Translations under genes and position numbers: made by a program
Notes under the pieces: generated by a model
Database searches by the model: none
The model's input: the letters and a program-made list of their open reading frames with translations, nothing else
What the model was told of the DNA's origin: nothing
In this document: piece by piece, positions 11,157 through 20,847 of the stretch
How positions within the stretch are numbered: position 1 is the first letter of the stretch
How the letters are laid out: every line of letters begins with the position of its first letter
Source: Marispirochaeta sp.
GTDB taxonomy: Bacteria; Spirochaetota; Spirochaetia; JC444; Marispirochaetaceae
NCBI GenBank assembly: GCA_963676835.2
Contig: CAXXFF010000004.1
Location: forward strand, 96,001 to 160,000
Direction of reading: 5' to 3'
DNA length: 64,000 nucleotides

Positions 11157-13346
11157 ATGAAAATCCGCAGTAAGATACTGTCAATCCTTATTACCGCACT
11201 TCTTGTTCTTGGACTTACAGCTTCTGCAGGGATTTTTTACCTCTCCAGGGGGAACACCCGAACACAGACAGAAATTACTCAGCAGCTTTCAGACTCCACC
11301 ATTCTGGATCTGATAACCATGAATGTTCAGGTCATATACAGCAGTATCGACAGCATTACCGAGAAAGCCCTGGAGGAAGCCGCGCTTTTTACCAGGCTTC
11401 CTGTGGTGCAGCGGGCCTATACCATAGCAGCCGAGGGAGATATGAACAATGAGGCATCACCCCAGAGTCAGGAAGCAAGGCTGCTTTTGCGGGAAGAACT
11501 GACTCCATTTGCCTCGGGCTACATGAATACCATGGGAGGAAAGCAGTTCCAGCTTCATTTTCACCTACCCAACAGCCGCAGCCTGATTCGTCTTTGGCGG
11601 AACGGCTACCAGGTTACCAGAAACGGGGAGAAGCTTGATGTTTCTGATGATCTCACAGGCTTTCGCGCCTCGGTGGTACAAATAAATCAGGGAAACCACC
11701 AGGAGATTAAAGGCATAGAAATCGGCCGGGGAGGATTTGCCCTGAGGGGAATTGCCCCGGTTGTGGACCAGTCCAACAGGCACCTCGGTTCTGTTGAGAT
11801 GCTCTATCCCTTTGAGGATATTTTCACCATTGCCCGAACCTCAGAAAAAATTCACATCGGCGTCTATATGAAGACCGACTTCCTTAATATCGCGACATCC
11901 CTTCAGGATTCTGATAAATACCCTCATCTTGACGACAAATATGTGCGCACCGATGTTACCAATCCTGCGGTTATCGATCCTCTGCAGGATTCGGCCATTC
12001 TGGATAAAAGCAGTGACGGTCTTGTCTGGAAGTATAACGGAAACTTTGTAATTGCAGCATTTCCCCTGCACGATTTCTCAAATACCCTGGTAGGCAGTGT
12101 TCTGCTTGCCTTTGATGTTACCCAGCAGTTGGGTCTTATGGCGAAAGTCCAGACTCAAACAGGCAATGCAAACAGCAGTCTGCTGTACACTTTTATTCTC
12201 GCCTTTTTCACCGGGATTATTATTATCAGCATTATTATCAGTATCTCAGTCAACCGGATGATCCAGCCCCTGGCGAGCCTCTCCTCCATGGCAGACAGTA
12301 TAGCTGCGGGAAATTTCAACCTGGACAGTGTTCATTTCAAATCCAAAGATGAAATCGGTTCCCTTTCCAGATCTTTTAACATGATGGTTGATTCCCTCCA
12401 GACCAAGGTACAGACCATAAGCCGTATCGCCGACCGGGACCTTACCGGTGAAATCTACAAGGTCTCTGAACAGGACAGGCTGGGAGAAGTTCTGATTGAA
12501 ATGCAGGATGCTCTCCATGGAGTAATCTGCAATGTAAATGAAGCAGTAGAACAGGTTAATCAGGGGGCTGACCAGATCGCAGTCGCGAGCGAAAGCCTCT
12601 CCCAGGGCACGACACAGCAGGCCAGCTCGATTGAAGAGATATCCTCCACCCTGGTTGAAATCAGCGCGCAGTCCAAACAGAATGCCGAGGAATCCCTCGA
12701 AGCGGACAGTCTCTCCCGCAAGACCGCCGATGCAGCTCGGGCGGGAAGCATAAAAATTGTGGAACTCAATGACGCCATGAAGCGGATCAACACCTCATCC
12801 GATCAGATCCGCACGGTGGTCAAGGTTATCGATGACATTGCTTTTCAGATTAACCTCCTGGCACTTAACGCCAATGTGGAAGCAGCCCGGGCAGGGAAGT
12901 ACGGACGTGGATTTTCAGTGGTGGCTGAAGAGGTCAGAAATCTGGCCAACAGATCTGCCGAGGCGGTAAAACAGACAACACAAATGGTGGAAGAATCTGT
13001 ACAGAATATTTCCGAGGGAACAAAAGCCGCCGAAGAGATGGAAGTCCAGCTCCAGGAGATTCTTAAAGGTGTCGGCTCTGTCGCAGAAGTACTGCAGGGA
13101 ATTGCAACATCGAGCAAAGAGCAGTCCACCGCCATCGAACAGATTTCAGAGGGACTGCATCAGATTGAAGATGTAACCCAGGCCAGCACTGCCGGAGCAG
13201 AACAGACAGCATCCATTTCACAGGAGCTTGCCGGACAGGCACAGGGCTTACGAGAGATCGTCAACCAGTTTATTATTGATCAGGGAACCTGCGGGGGCGT
13301 GGCTACTGCTCTTCTTGAAGAGCCAGACCTTCCCGAAAAATATTGA
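11157..13346 (+). CDS. Methyl-accepting chemotaxis protein with a Cache-like periplasmic sensor
   Basis: GGAGGA SD before ATG 11157; LHFHLPNSRSLIR...DDLTGFRASV...GIEIGRGG (dCache-like), HAMP (KDEIGSL), tip [37 protein letters not shown]. Confidence 0.93.
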   Translation: MKIRSKILSILITALLVLGLTASAGIFYLSRGNTRTQTEITQQLSDSTILDLITMNVQVIYSSIDSITEKALEEAALFTRLPVVQRAYTIAAEGDMNNEASPQSQEARLLLREELTPFASGYMNTMGGKQFQLHFHLPNSRSLIRLWRNGYQVTRNGEKLDVSDDLTGFRASVVQINQGNHQEIKGIEIGRGGFALRGIAPVVDQSNRHLGSVEMLYPFEDIFTIARTSEKIHIGVYMKTDFLNIATSLQDSDKYPHLDDKYVRTDVTNPAVIDPLQDSAILDKSSDGLVWKYNGNFVIAAFPLHDFSNTLVGSVLLAFDVTQQLGLMAKVQTQTGNANSSLLYTFILAFFTGIIIISIIISISVNRMIQPLASLSSMADSIAAGNFNLDSVHFKSKDEIGSLSRSFNMMVDSLQTKVQTISRIADRDLTGEIYKVSEQDRLGEVLIEMQDALHGVICNVNEAVEQVNQGADQIAVASESLSQGTTQQASSIEEISSTLVEISAQSKQNAEESLEADSLSRKTADAARAGSIKIVELNDAMKRINTSSDQIRTVVKVIDDIAFQINLLALNANVEAARAGKYGRGFSVVAEEVRNLANRSAEAVKQTTQMVEESVQNISEGTKAAEEMEVQLQEILKGVGSVAEVLQGIATSSKEQSTAIEQISEGLHQIEDVTQASTAGAEQTASISQELAGQAQGLREIVNQFIIDQGTCGGVATALLEEPDLPEKY

Positions 13347-14337
13347 GCATCGCAACAAGAATACTGGCAATAACCGGGCCCACAATAAAGCCCATAATGC
13401 CGAACACCGCAAGTCCCCCCAGGGAGGCAACGAAAACCAGCAGGTCGTGAAGCTTTGCATCCTTCCCGACAAGACGGGGCCGGAGAAGATAGTCCGCCCC
13501 GTAGCTGACAGCAGTTGCCATTATCAGCACAAAAACCGCCTGTACAACATGTCCCGTGGAAAATAGCCAGAGTGCAGCGGGAACCATGATAAAATAGGAG
13601 CCTACCAGGGGAATAATCGAAAGAACTGTCATGACCACTCCCCAGAGAATCCAGGCTTTTATTCCAACAATCAGAAAAGTAACCGCCCCGAGAATCCCCT
13701 GAATGATCCCGATAATGAGAGTTGCAGAAACCGCTGCTTTACTGGTACGGCGGAACTCTTCAGCGACCCGTTCCACATGCCGCTCTTCCATGGGCAGGGC
13801 CTGCTTCAGACCATCAAGCATAAGATCTCCATCTTTGAGGAAAAAGAACATGGAGAAAAATATAATAAAACTGTCCGCCACGGCGGAAATGAGACCTGCG
13901 GAGGTCCGGTTTACCAGATCCGTTGCCAGAGAAGCAGTTTGAGAGAGTCCCCGGCTGGCCATGGAAGCCCAGTCCACCTTGCTGAAATCAAACCGCTGCA
14001 GAAGCGACCAGTCCTGAACTGATGATATTATTGCCCCTATACCCGGATCCCGCAGGTAATCCCGCAGGGCGCTGTAGACATCTATTGCCTGAAGAACGAG
14101 CATCTGAGCTACCAGATAAACAGGAACCGCCACCAGGACAAAGATAAGAACCGTAGTAGAAAGGGCTGCCGGAGCCCGCCGGTTTTTCCAGACCTTCAGG
14201 AATTTATTATGCAGGGGAGTAAATAGATTGGCTGCGGTAAGGGCTACAACAATGGGAACAAAGAAAAACCGGGCTACATACCCGAATAAAACCAGCGCGG
14301 CAATAAGAATTATCAGCAGAATTGTCCTGTTTTCCAT
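13303..14337 (-). CDS. AI-2E family (PerM/YdiK-like) transporter
   Basis: Polytopic hydrophobic protein; FFFLKDG, SIIPLVGS, DYLLRPRLVG, GGLAVFGIMGFIVGP. Confidence 0.9.
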   Translation of the reverse strand: MENRTILLIILIAALVLFGYVARFFFVPIVVALTAANLFTPLHNKFLKVWKNRRAPAALSTTVLIFVLVAVPVYLVAQMLVLQAIDVYSALRDYLRDPGIGAIISSVQDWSLLQRFDFSKVDWASMASRGLSQTASLATDLVNRTSAGLISAVADSFIIFFSMFFFLKDGDLMLDGLKQALPMEERHVERVAEEFRRTSKAAVSATLIIGIIQGILGAVTFLIVGIKAWILWGVVMTVLSIIPLVGSYFIMVPAALWLFSTGHVVQAVFVLIMATAVSYGADYLLRPRLVGKDAKLHDLLVFVASLGGLAVFGIMGFIVGPVIASILVAMLNIFREGLALQEEQ

Positions 14338-14379
14338 GCCTTAAATGATGCCGAAAAAGAGTGGATTTAACAAGATCAT

Positions 14380-14408
14380 TCGACAAGCGCCCTGGAAAGT
14401 ATTAGCCT
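14380..14408 (+). promoter_or_regulatory. Sigma70-like promoter, apparently leaderless
   Basis: TCGACA (14380-14385), 17 nt, TAGCCT (14403-14408), 6 nt, ATG 14415; no SD. Confidence 0.45.
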
Positions 14409-14414
14409 TAGAGT

Positions 14415-15359
14415 ATGGAAACAGTGCATTGGGGCGTCGTAGGCGCCGGCCGGATCTGTGAAAGAATGTCCGGCCCCCCTCTTTACCTGGTAAACGACTC
14501 ATCCCTGGAACTGGTACACCGCCGGAGCAGGGAAGAAGGTGAGGAGTTTGTTATCCGGCATGGTCATGGGCGCTACCTGGACAGTTTCGATGCCCTGATC
14601 AATGATGAATCTGTAGATGCAGTATATATAGCAACGCCCCATCTGCTGCATGAAGATCAGGCAATTGCCGCCCTTAAGGCGGGGAAGCATGTCCTTGTGG
14701 AAACCCCAATGGGCGGAAATTCCGCATCGTGCCTGCGAATGACAGAAGCCGCTGCTCAATGGGGAAAACTTCTGGGAACCGCTTTCTACCGCCGGGGCTA
14801 TCCGTCGGTACAGAAGCTCAAGGCAGTGCTTCAGACCGGGCTGATCGGGCCTCCCATTGCCGCCTCCATAAACGCAGAGATGCCTACATCCCACAGAATA
14901 GACCTTATCCGCTACATTCTGGGCGATATAAGCGAAGTACGCCGAGACCAGGGCAGCCCCATTGACGGCTTTCCCTCCCCGGCTCCGCTGCTCAACATGA
15001 CTACCAGTACCGGTGTGAGCATAAACATGCAGGAGCAGTGGCTGGAAACCGGAATGCCCGAGAGTATGATGGTGGAAGGTGAAGACGGAATTATCTATCT
15101 GCAGGATATAAAGGGAGGAGAACTGCTGGTTCTCGCCCGGGGAGGCGAGGAAAAACTGCAGCTTTCCGTTCCGGGTCTCCCCTTTACCCACTGGGCACTG
15201 ATAGAAAACTTTGTGAGTGTTTTAACCGAGGGAGGAGAACTCCTCTGCCCCGGTACAGAAGGAGTGAAAACAGCCCGGGTTCTTGAAGCCATGGAGTCAG
15301 CAGAAACCGGCGGGCCGATGATAAGTATTACAGACAGGAAATCCGGCTTAAAGATTTAA
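14415..15359 (+). CDS. Divergent Gfo/Idh/MocA family protein
   Basis: WGVVGAGRI, VDAVYIATP...H, AGKHVLVETPM (EKP changed to ETP), AFYRR. Confidence 0.85.
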   Translation: METVHWGVVGAGRICERMSGPPLYLVNDSSLELVHRRSREEGEEFVIRHGHGRYLDSFDALINDESVDAVYIATPHLLHEDQAIAALKAGKHVLVETPMGGNSASCLRMTEAAAQWGKLLGTAFYRRGYPSVQKLKAVLQTGLIGPPIAASINAEMPTSHRIDLIRYILGDISEVRRDQGSPIDGFPSPAPLLNMTTSTGVSINMQEQWLETGMPESMMVEGEDGIIYLQDIKGGELLVLARGGEEKLQLSVPGLPFTHWALIENFVSVLTEGGELLCPGTEGVKTARVLEAMESAETGGPMISITDRKSGLKI

Positions 15360-15454
15360 TCGATTCTGTACTTTGAGACAGTCTTCTCGTTAAGTTCGAT
15401 CCATGGTCCCTGGAATCCACAGAATCTAAAAGAAATAAATAACAAAAGAACAGG

Positions 15455-16545
15455 TCACTCCTGACGATGATGAAAAATGTCTTCATCATATTTCCGGCTG
15501 GTCTGTTTCTGGTATTCCTTCGGCGTTGTTCCAAGAATCTGCTTGAAAGCTGCAAAAAACCGCTGTTCAGATGTAAATCCAGCCTGTTTTGCAATATCTT
15601 TTATTCCGGTATTCTCATCTCTCAGTAGTCTGCAGGCAAAGCGGATTCGATTCTGCAGAACCATTTCGTACATGGTTTTGCCTGTAGCCTTTTTAAAATG
15701 GATCTCCATACTGCGGCGGGAAACAGGAAATCTCGAAGAAAGCTCTCCGATGCTTTTCATCTGTAATGCTTCTTCCTGAATTAATTTCATAATTTCCGCA
15801 ACCAGTGAATCCTGAAAAGCATAGCTTCTACTGGATTCACGCTGAACAATTTCTCCGGGAATTGTTTCGGTTATTGCATCGGGAACATTTCTTTCGGGAA
15901 GATTCTCCAGTACATTTGCAAGGACAAGACCTATCCTGCCGTAGTCTGCTTTTACCGATGATAAGGTCACAGGGGTCATCTCACAACACACTTCATCATT
16001 CCCTATACCAAGTACAGAAATGTTATCCGGAACTGATACATGCTGTCTCCGGCACAAATCGAGTACTCTGACCCCAAGAGAATCATTGGCTGCAATAACA
16101 GCTGCGGGCTTTGGAAGGTGTTCCAGAAAAGAAGAAAGTGCCTTACTGTTTTGTATGGTAGAACCTGAAAAACTGAAAATACCTGGATCCTTTGATGACC
16201 CCGCACCAAGCCCCGCTTAAATCCCCTTAGAAGATCAGATTCAAATTGGCGGCCAGCTCCTGCTATATAGGCAAAGGAGATAGCGCCGCTGGACTTGAAA
16301 TAATTCCCGGCGGCCAGACCGAGGGGAGAAAAATCATAGTGTACCGGCAGCTGCAGTCCTGCTGCGGGAAGAGTGATAACGGACTTCATTGAACCGATCT
16401 GCACAACCGCATCTGCCATCAACGGATCTAATAGATCCCGGGAATAAAGCCGCCAGTTCTGCTTTTTGCGCGAGTAACTTAAAAATTTTTGAAGTATATT
16501 CCTGACGCCTGAACCATCCGGTTCAGGGATAAGGAGAATTTTCAT
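15455..16545 (-). pseudogene. XylR-type regulator (periplasmic-binding-like sensor plus AraC HTH) split by a frameshift
   Basis: The N-half (MKILLI...NWRLY...LAAGNYF...FAYI...RGFK) is in one frame; LPKPAAVIAANDSLG...VPDNISVLGIGND...LSSV and the AraC HTH (IAKQAGF...FKQILGTTPKEY) are in another frame that opens near 16217. Confidence 0.75.
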
Positions 16546-16690
16546 GAGAGTCAGTATACATCGCGGCATATAAAGGTGCACTATTAATTGCACACAAAAT
16601 TTGTCCAGCCTGCAAAATCCTTCATTTATAGTTACAGTGATGAAAATTTTTAGTATTTTTACCCCATCTCTTTGTTTATCCGGAGGTTTT

Positions 16691-17326
16691 ATGGTACGGA
16701 TAATGCGTATGCCTCTCTTTCCCCTGCAGATGGTACTTCTTCCGGGGATTCCTGCTGTTCTTCATATTTTTGAGCCCCGTTACAGAAGGATGATCCGCAG
16801 CTGTATCGAGGAAAAGGAAGATTTCGGCATTGTGCTCTATCAGGGAGAGACCATTGCAAAAACCGGATGTACTGCTTCCATAGAAGGGGTAATTACCGAA
16901 TATCCCGATGGACGCTTTGATATTCTTGTTGCCGGCCGTGAACGCTTTAAGGTCAACAAGTTTATAGAGGACAAAGATTATCTGGAAGCTGAAGTAGAAC
17001 TCTTCAGCGACACCCCTGCCTACGGCCTTACAAACCTCAAAAAAGAGGCTGCCGAAGGTATGCTCACATTGTCCAGTCTGGAGGATTTTCCCGTGGAGAG
17101 TCAGAATCTGCTGAACCTTACTGCGGAGGATACATCCCTGCTTCTTGCCGGTACAGAACTTTTTACCACAGAAGAAAAACAGGAACATCTGGAATCGACC
17201 GATACAGTTGGAAGACTTGAACGCATAAACAAGCGCCTGAAGGAAAGAATCCGCCGCCGCAGGGCCATGAAAAAGGTGGAAGACCTTCTCGGAGGAGCTG
17301 TGGATTTTACTGTTCTAAGGAACTGA
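16691..17326 (+). CDS. Lon N-terminal (substrate-binding, PUA-like) domain protein
   Basis: MPLFPLQMVLLPG...LHIFEPRYRRMI, PDGRFDI...GRERF; no AAA or protease domain; GGAGG SD. Confidence 0.88.
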   Translation: MVRIMRMPLFPLQMVLLPGIPAVLHIFEPRYRRMIRSCIEEKEDFGIVLYQGETIAKTGCTASIEGVITEYPDGRFDILVAGRERFKVNKFIEDKDYLEAEVELFSDTPAYGLTNLKKEAAEGMLTLSSLEDFPVESQNLLNLTAEDTSLLLAGTELFTTEEKQEHLESTDTVGRLERINKRLKERIRRRRAMKKVEDLLGGAVDFTVLRN

Positions 17327-18428
17327 GAAAACTGTTCACCACATAGCGGTTTCTTCCCTGCTTTTTCGCTGAGTACAGGGCTTTATCCGCTGCGCTTATG
17401 AGAGTTTCAATCTCATTATGGGCACCGGCATGACTTATTGCTACTCCTACCGATACCGTTACCACTCCGTATGGGCTCTTCTCGTGGGGAAAGGCAGCTG
17501 CTTCTGTTTTCTCGATTATTGCGGAAGCAAAGGATTCAGCAGTTTCGGTATTTGTAGGTGACAGAAGCATTACAAACTCTTCACCGCCGTAACGGAAAAT
17601 ATAATCACTTTTACGCCGGATAAGTCCGCTCAGTATTTCAGCAAACTGGTTGAGCACTTCATCTCCCCTGAGATGTCCGTAGGTGTCGTTATAGAGCTTA
17701 AAATAGTCCACATCGATCATCAGCAGAGCAAGCTGATCCCCGGTTCTCTTCCGCTGAAAAAGAACACTGCCTAGAATCTCATCCATATAGCGGCGGTTAT
17801 GCAGGCCCGTAAGACCATCACGGATGGCCCGTTCATTCAGATCCTGCATGGCATTATCCAGACGCTGATGCATAATGACCCGGGTTTTTTCGAAGATATA
17901 GGAAAAAAGAAAAACAAGCAGATAACTGAGGGTAATCCGGAGGACAAGGCCCGGAGGATAGGGTGAATAAAAGGGAAGATACCCGCCGAAAATGTTAATT
18001 CCTGTCATCAGGGCAAGAAGAAGCATGGAAAAAACCGTTCCTCCGGTACTGCCCAGCAGAAACAGGGTAATTATAGGAAATGAGTAGATCCAGACATACG
18101 ACTGCTGGTGAGCTGCTCCTGTGGCAAAAAGAATTACAAAAAATATCAGAACAATTACACAGCCGCTGTACGCTGTACCGGTAATATTCTGTGTTATCCA
18201 GAGATAAATATAGTGGCCCAGAAGCATTACAACGATGGTGAAATCAAGAATAGAAAGAAAATAGAGTCCGTCAAAAAAAGCTACCCCCGCAAGAAGCAGA
18301 ACAAAGATACTTCCCGTGAGTATCAGCACACTTATCATTACTATCTTTCGCTGCTGATCAAAATCGAGACCGCTCTCAGAACCGGCTCCAACAAGGCTGG
18401 TTAGTTTTTGGCGGAATTTTCCTGTCAT
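17307..18428 (-). CDS. Membrane-bound diguanylate cyclase
   Basis: About 6 TM segments, DGLTGLHNRR, DVDYFKLYNDTYGH, I-site RKSD, GGEEF, ADKALYSAK. Confidence 0.93.
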   Translation of the reverse strand: MTGKFRQKLTSLVGAGSESGLDFDQQRKIVMISVLILTGSIFVLLLAGVAFFDGLYFLSILDFTIVVMLLGHYIYLWITQNITGTAYSGCVIVLIFFVILFATGAAHQQSYVWIYSFPIITLFLLGSTGGTVFSMLLLALMTGINIFGGYLPFYSPYPPGLVLRITLSYLLVFLFSYIFEKTRVIMHQRLDNAMQDLNERAIRDGLTGLHNRRYMDEILGSVLFQRKRTGDQLALLMIDVDYFKLYNDTYGHLRGDEVLNQFAEILSGLIRRKSDYIFRYGGEEFVMLLSPTNTETAESFASAIIEKTEAAAFPHEKSPYGVVTVSVGVAISHAGAHNEIETLISAADKALYSAKKQGRNRYVVNSFLSSLEQ

Positions 18429-18435
18429 AAAAGAA

Positions 18436-18464
18436 AGTATTGGTTAACCGACTTCCTATTTCAA
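18436..18464 (-). promoter_or_regulatory. Sigma70-like promoter, apparently leaderless
   Basis: Minus strand: TTGAAA, 17 nt, AATACT, 7 nt, ATG 18428; no SD. Confidence 0.4.
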
Positions 18465-18470
18465 GGATTT

Positions 18471-19763
18471 TCAGTAGTTATATAAGTAACTGCAGCCCAG
18501 CGATACAGTCCAGGGAAGCCCGGAGTCAGGGAAAACACCAAGGTCTCTGTATTTTTGAAGGGGTATAAAAAGTGCTCCGCCGGCATACAGGGTAAAACCC
18601 GATTCAAAGGCATATTCCGACTTGAAAATCAATTCCGACCCCATAAACCCCGAAGGGGTATCGCTGTCGGTTATCTTTTCGAAGGTACCTTCACCATCAG
18701 AAGGCCGGAAAACCGCTGCGGCAGACGCAGATGTCCTGAAAGCGGGAAGAGCTGGCACCGGTGCAAAATCGTAGGCGGTTTCAATACGCAGCAGGTTCGA
18801 CAGAACATAATCGTACACTCCCTGGGAGTCTGTCCGGGTTACCGGCATAAACTGGGAAGAGAGCCCACCTCCGGCATCGCCGAAAAGGGGATGGGAAGAA
18901 TCTCCGGAAGCAGCAGTTATATTAAGCAGAAGATTATCGGAAGAGCTCATAAGACCCGACCAGACAAGCTCGGTGCCCGCTGCTGCCGCAATACTCTGGG
19001 TATACAGATAATCCCGGTTACTCTGGCCGTAATAATTGCCCTGCTGCACAAAACAGAAGAGAGAAAAATTGCTCCCCAGAAGAGTCCCATCAAGACCTGC
19101 ACCGAGGGTAAAGGAATCATAGTTGTCCCCGGTAAAATCGTTCTCTTCAGGAATATCAAAGTTGACAATAAAATTGGCATGCAATAAAGAACCTGCAAAG
19201 AGTTCCGGATAATCGAGGCCGAAAAGAAAGAGAAGCCGGCTCGGTGCAAACAGAGGCTCTCCCCGGTCATCTTCCGATTCGGTGGGAATAAGTTCGGCAG
19301 CAGAATCCAGCAGCAGCCCGGTTATTCCCGCTGCAGCTGACAGCTGAACATCTCCTCCGTTATACCCGAGTATGATACCGTCCGCCGGTGTGTTGAGTAT
19401 CAGGGAGGAGAAATCCTGAAGCCTGCTTCTGCCGGCAGCATAATCGACTGCACCAAAACTTCCTTTCAGGCGGGCAATGAGAAGATCACCGTAAAACTCC
19501 TGTTCAAGCTCATCGGGAGTGCTGAGAATGTTGTAATTAAGAAAGAAAGCAAGCTCTGCCTCCATACCGGCAAAAAGAGGCTGGGAGAGCAAGACATCGG
19601 TCTGAACCAGAGCTTCAAGCTCTGGTTCATCTTCTGAACGGGAAAAACAGGCGGACTCCCCCAGGGCATTTACTTCAAGATCAAGGGAGAGAAGGGATGA
19701 AAAAGAGGCTGAAACTGTAAGAAAAATCAGAATATAGAGTACGGTACTTTTTTTCACCGGCAA
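18471..19763 (-). CDS. Exported protein, probable outer-membrane beta-barrel
   Basis: Signal peptide, alternating amphipathic strands rich in G/Y/F, ASGD segment, C-terminal aromatic residue (CSYLYNY); TTG start. Confidence 0.6.
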   Translation of the reverse strand: MPVKKSTVLYILIFLTVSASFSSLLSLDLEVNALGESACFSRSEDEPELEALVQTDVLLSQPLFAGMEAELAFFLNYNILSTPDELEQEFYGDLLIARLKGSFGAVDYAAGRSRLQDFSSLILNTPADGIILGYNGGDVQLSAAAGITGLLLDSAAELIPTESEDDRGEPLFAPSRLLFLFGLDYPELFAGSLLHANFIVNFDIPEENDFTGDNYDSFTLGAGLDGTLLGSNFSLFCFVQQGNYYGQSNRDYLYTQSIAAAAGTELVWSGLMSSSDNLLLNITAASGDSSHPLFGDAGGGLSSQFMPVTRTDSQGVYDYVLSNLLRIETAYDFAPVPALPAFRTSASAAAVFRPSDGEGTFEKITDSDTPSGFMGSELIFKSEYAFESGFTLYAGGALFIPLQKYRDLGVFPDSGLPWTVSLGCSYLYNY

Positions 19764-19872
19764 TCCCCCCTGCCCTGTCAGCGACTTATTCCATTGTACG
19801 GCGGGAAGCCTTCTCTGTCCAACCCGGAAGAGAGAAAGAGACGAGAAAAAAGAGAAAAGAAAAAGATTCTCC

Positions 19873-20847
19873 TCAGCCTATGACCAGGGCCTGATCACGC
19901 AGATCTTCCAGTTCCCGAATCCAGTAGGCCCGGGATCCCCAGTCGGGGAAGTGGCGGGAAAAACCGGTATCCTTCCGCTGCCTGGCACACCAGGCGGCAA
20001 AGTGGAGCATCCTCATAAATCGCAGGGGTTCGATGAGCTTAAGAGTCTCCCAGGGAAAAGGGGAAAACTCCTCGTACCCCGCAGTAAACTGCCCTATCTG
20101 CTCTTCCGAATCCTCCCGTCGTCCCGGAAGGAGCATCCAGAGATCCTGTACCGCCGGGCCGGTGACCATATCGTCAAAATCAATCAGCATAAGCCCCGTA
20201 TCGGGACGTTCAAGGATATTACCCCGGTGGCAGTCGCCGTGAATACGATGGACGGGAATATCCTGAAAAAGCGGGGTAATCCTTGAGAGCACATTCCTGC
20301 AGAGCTCTTCAAAATCGAATGCCGTATCGGGATGAACCAGGGGCAGCAGTTCTTTTAGCTGCGGACCGGAAACAGCAGCTGGATTCCAGTTAAGCCTGTG
20401 GGGTGCTGAACGGCTGCGGGCGGTGAGGTGAAGTCTGCCAAGGAGACGGCCCAGACGATACCATTGCTCTTCACCTTCCGCATCGAAACTGCGGCCCCCT
20501 TTTTTGGGAAACAGGGCCATAAGAAAATCCTGTTCATCGTTGCGGGAACTTACGGCGCTTACCTCAAAGAGAGTATCCCCCTCGGAATCCTCCAGGGGGT
20601 TGATCACCGGAAGTTCTGCTTCCCGGCAGTCGGCGAGAAACTGGTGCTCCTCTTCTATCGCCTCCCAGGTCCATCGGCCGGGACGGTAGAATTTAACCAC
20701 GTACTCCTTGCCGTCGTCATCCTTCAGGCCGTAAACCCTGTTTATGTAACTGGGATAGGGCACCAGAGAGCCTTCGAGGGAAAGATCGAAAACGGCACTT
20801 ACCGAGGCGTGAACAAAGTCGGGGGTAAGAAGATCAAAGCCTGCCAT
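19873..20847 (-). CDS. srkA: Stress-response Ser/Thr kinase SrkA (RdoA/YihE)
   Basis: SYINRVY, VVKFYRPGRW, IHGDCHRGNIL, IDFDD, AVQDLWMLL, FPDWG. Confidence 0.92.
   Translation of the reverse strand: MAGFDLLTPDFVHASVSAVFDLSLEGSLVPYPSYINRVYGLKDDDGKEYVVKFYRPGRWTWEAIEEEHQFLADCREAELPVINPLEDSEGDTLFEVSAVSSRNDEQDFLMALFPKKGGRSFDAEGEEQWYRLGRLLGRLHLTARSRSAPHRLNWNPAAVSGPQLKELLPLVHPDTAFDFEELCRNVLSRITPLFQDIPVHRIHGDCHRGNILERPDTGLMLIDFDDMVTGPAVQDLWMLLPGRREDSEEQIGQFTAGYEEFSPFPWETLKLIEPLRFMRMLHFAAWCARQRKDTGFSRHFPDWGSRAYWIRELEDLRDQALVIG

Noticed and set aside
16003..16593. 196-aa ORF as an independent gene
   Set aside because: Its C-terminal part is out-of-frame read-through of the split XylR-type gene.
16576..16593. 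GTGCA-N8-TGCAC palindrome as an NtrC site
   Set aside because: Spacing and half-sites do not fit TGCAC-N7-GTGCA and I saw no sigma54 promoter nearby; it could still be an operator, but support is weak.
15360..18470. Visibly more AT-rich stretch as a genomic island
   Set aside because: No integrase, tRNA, direct repeats or IS ends; the shift is modest by eye and was not computed.
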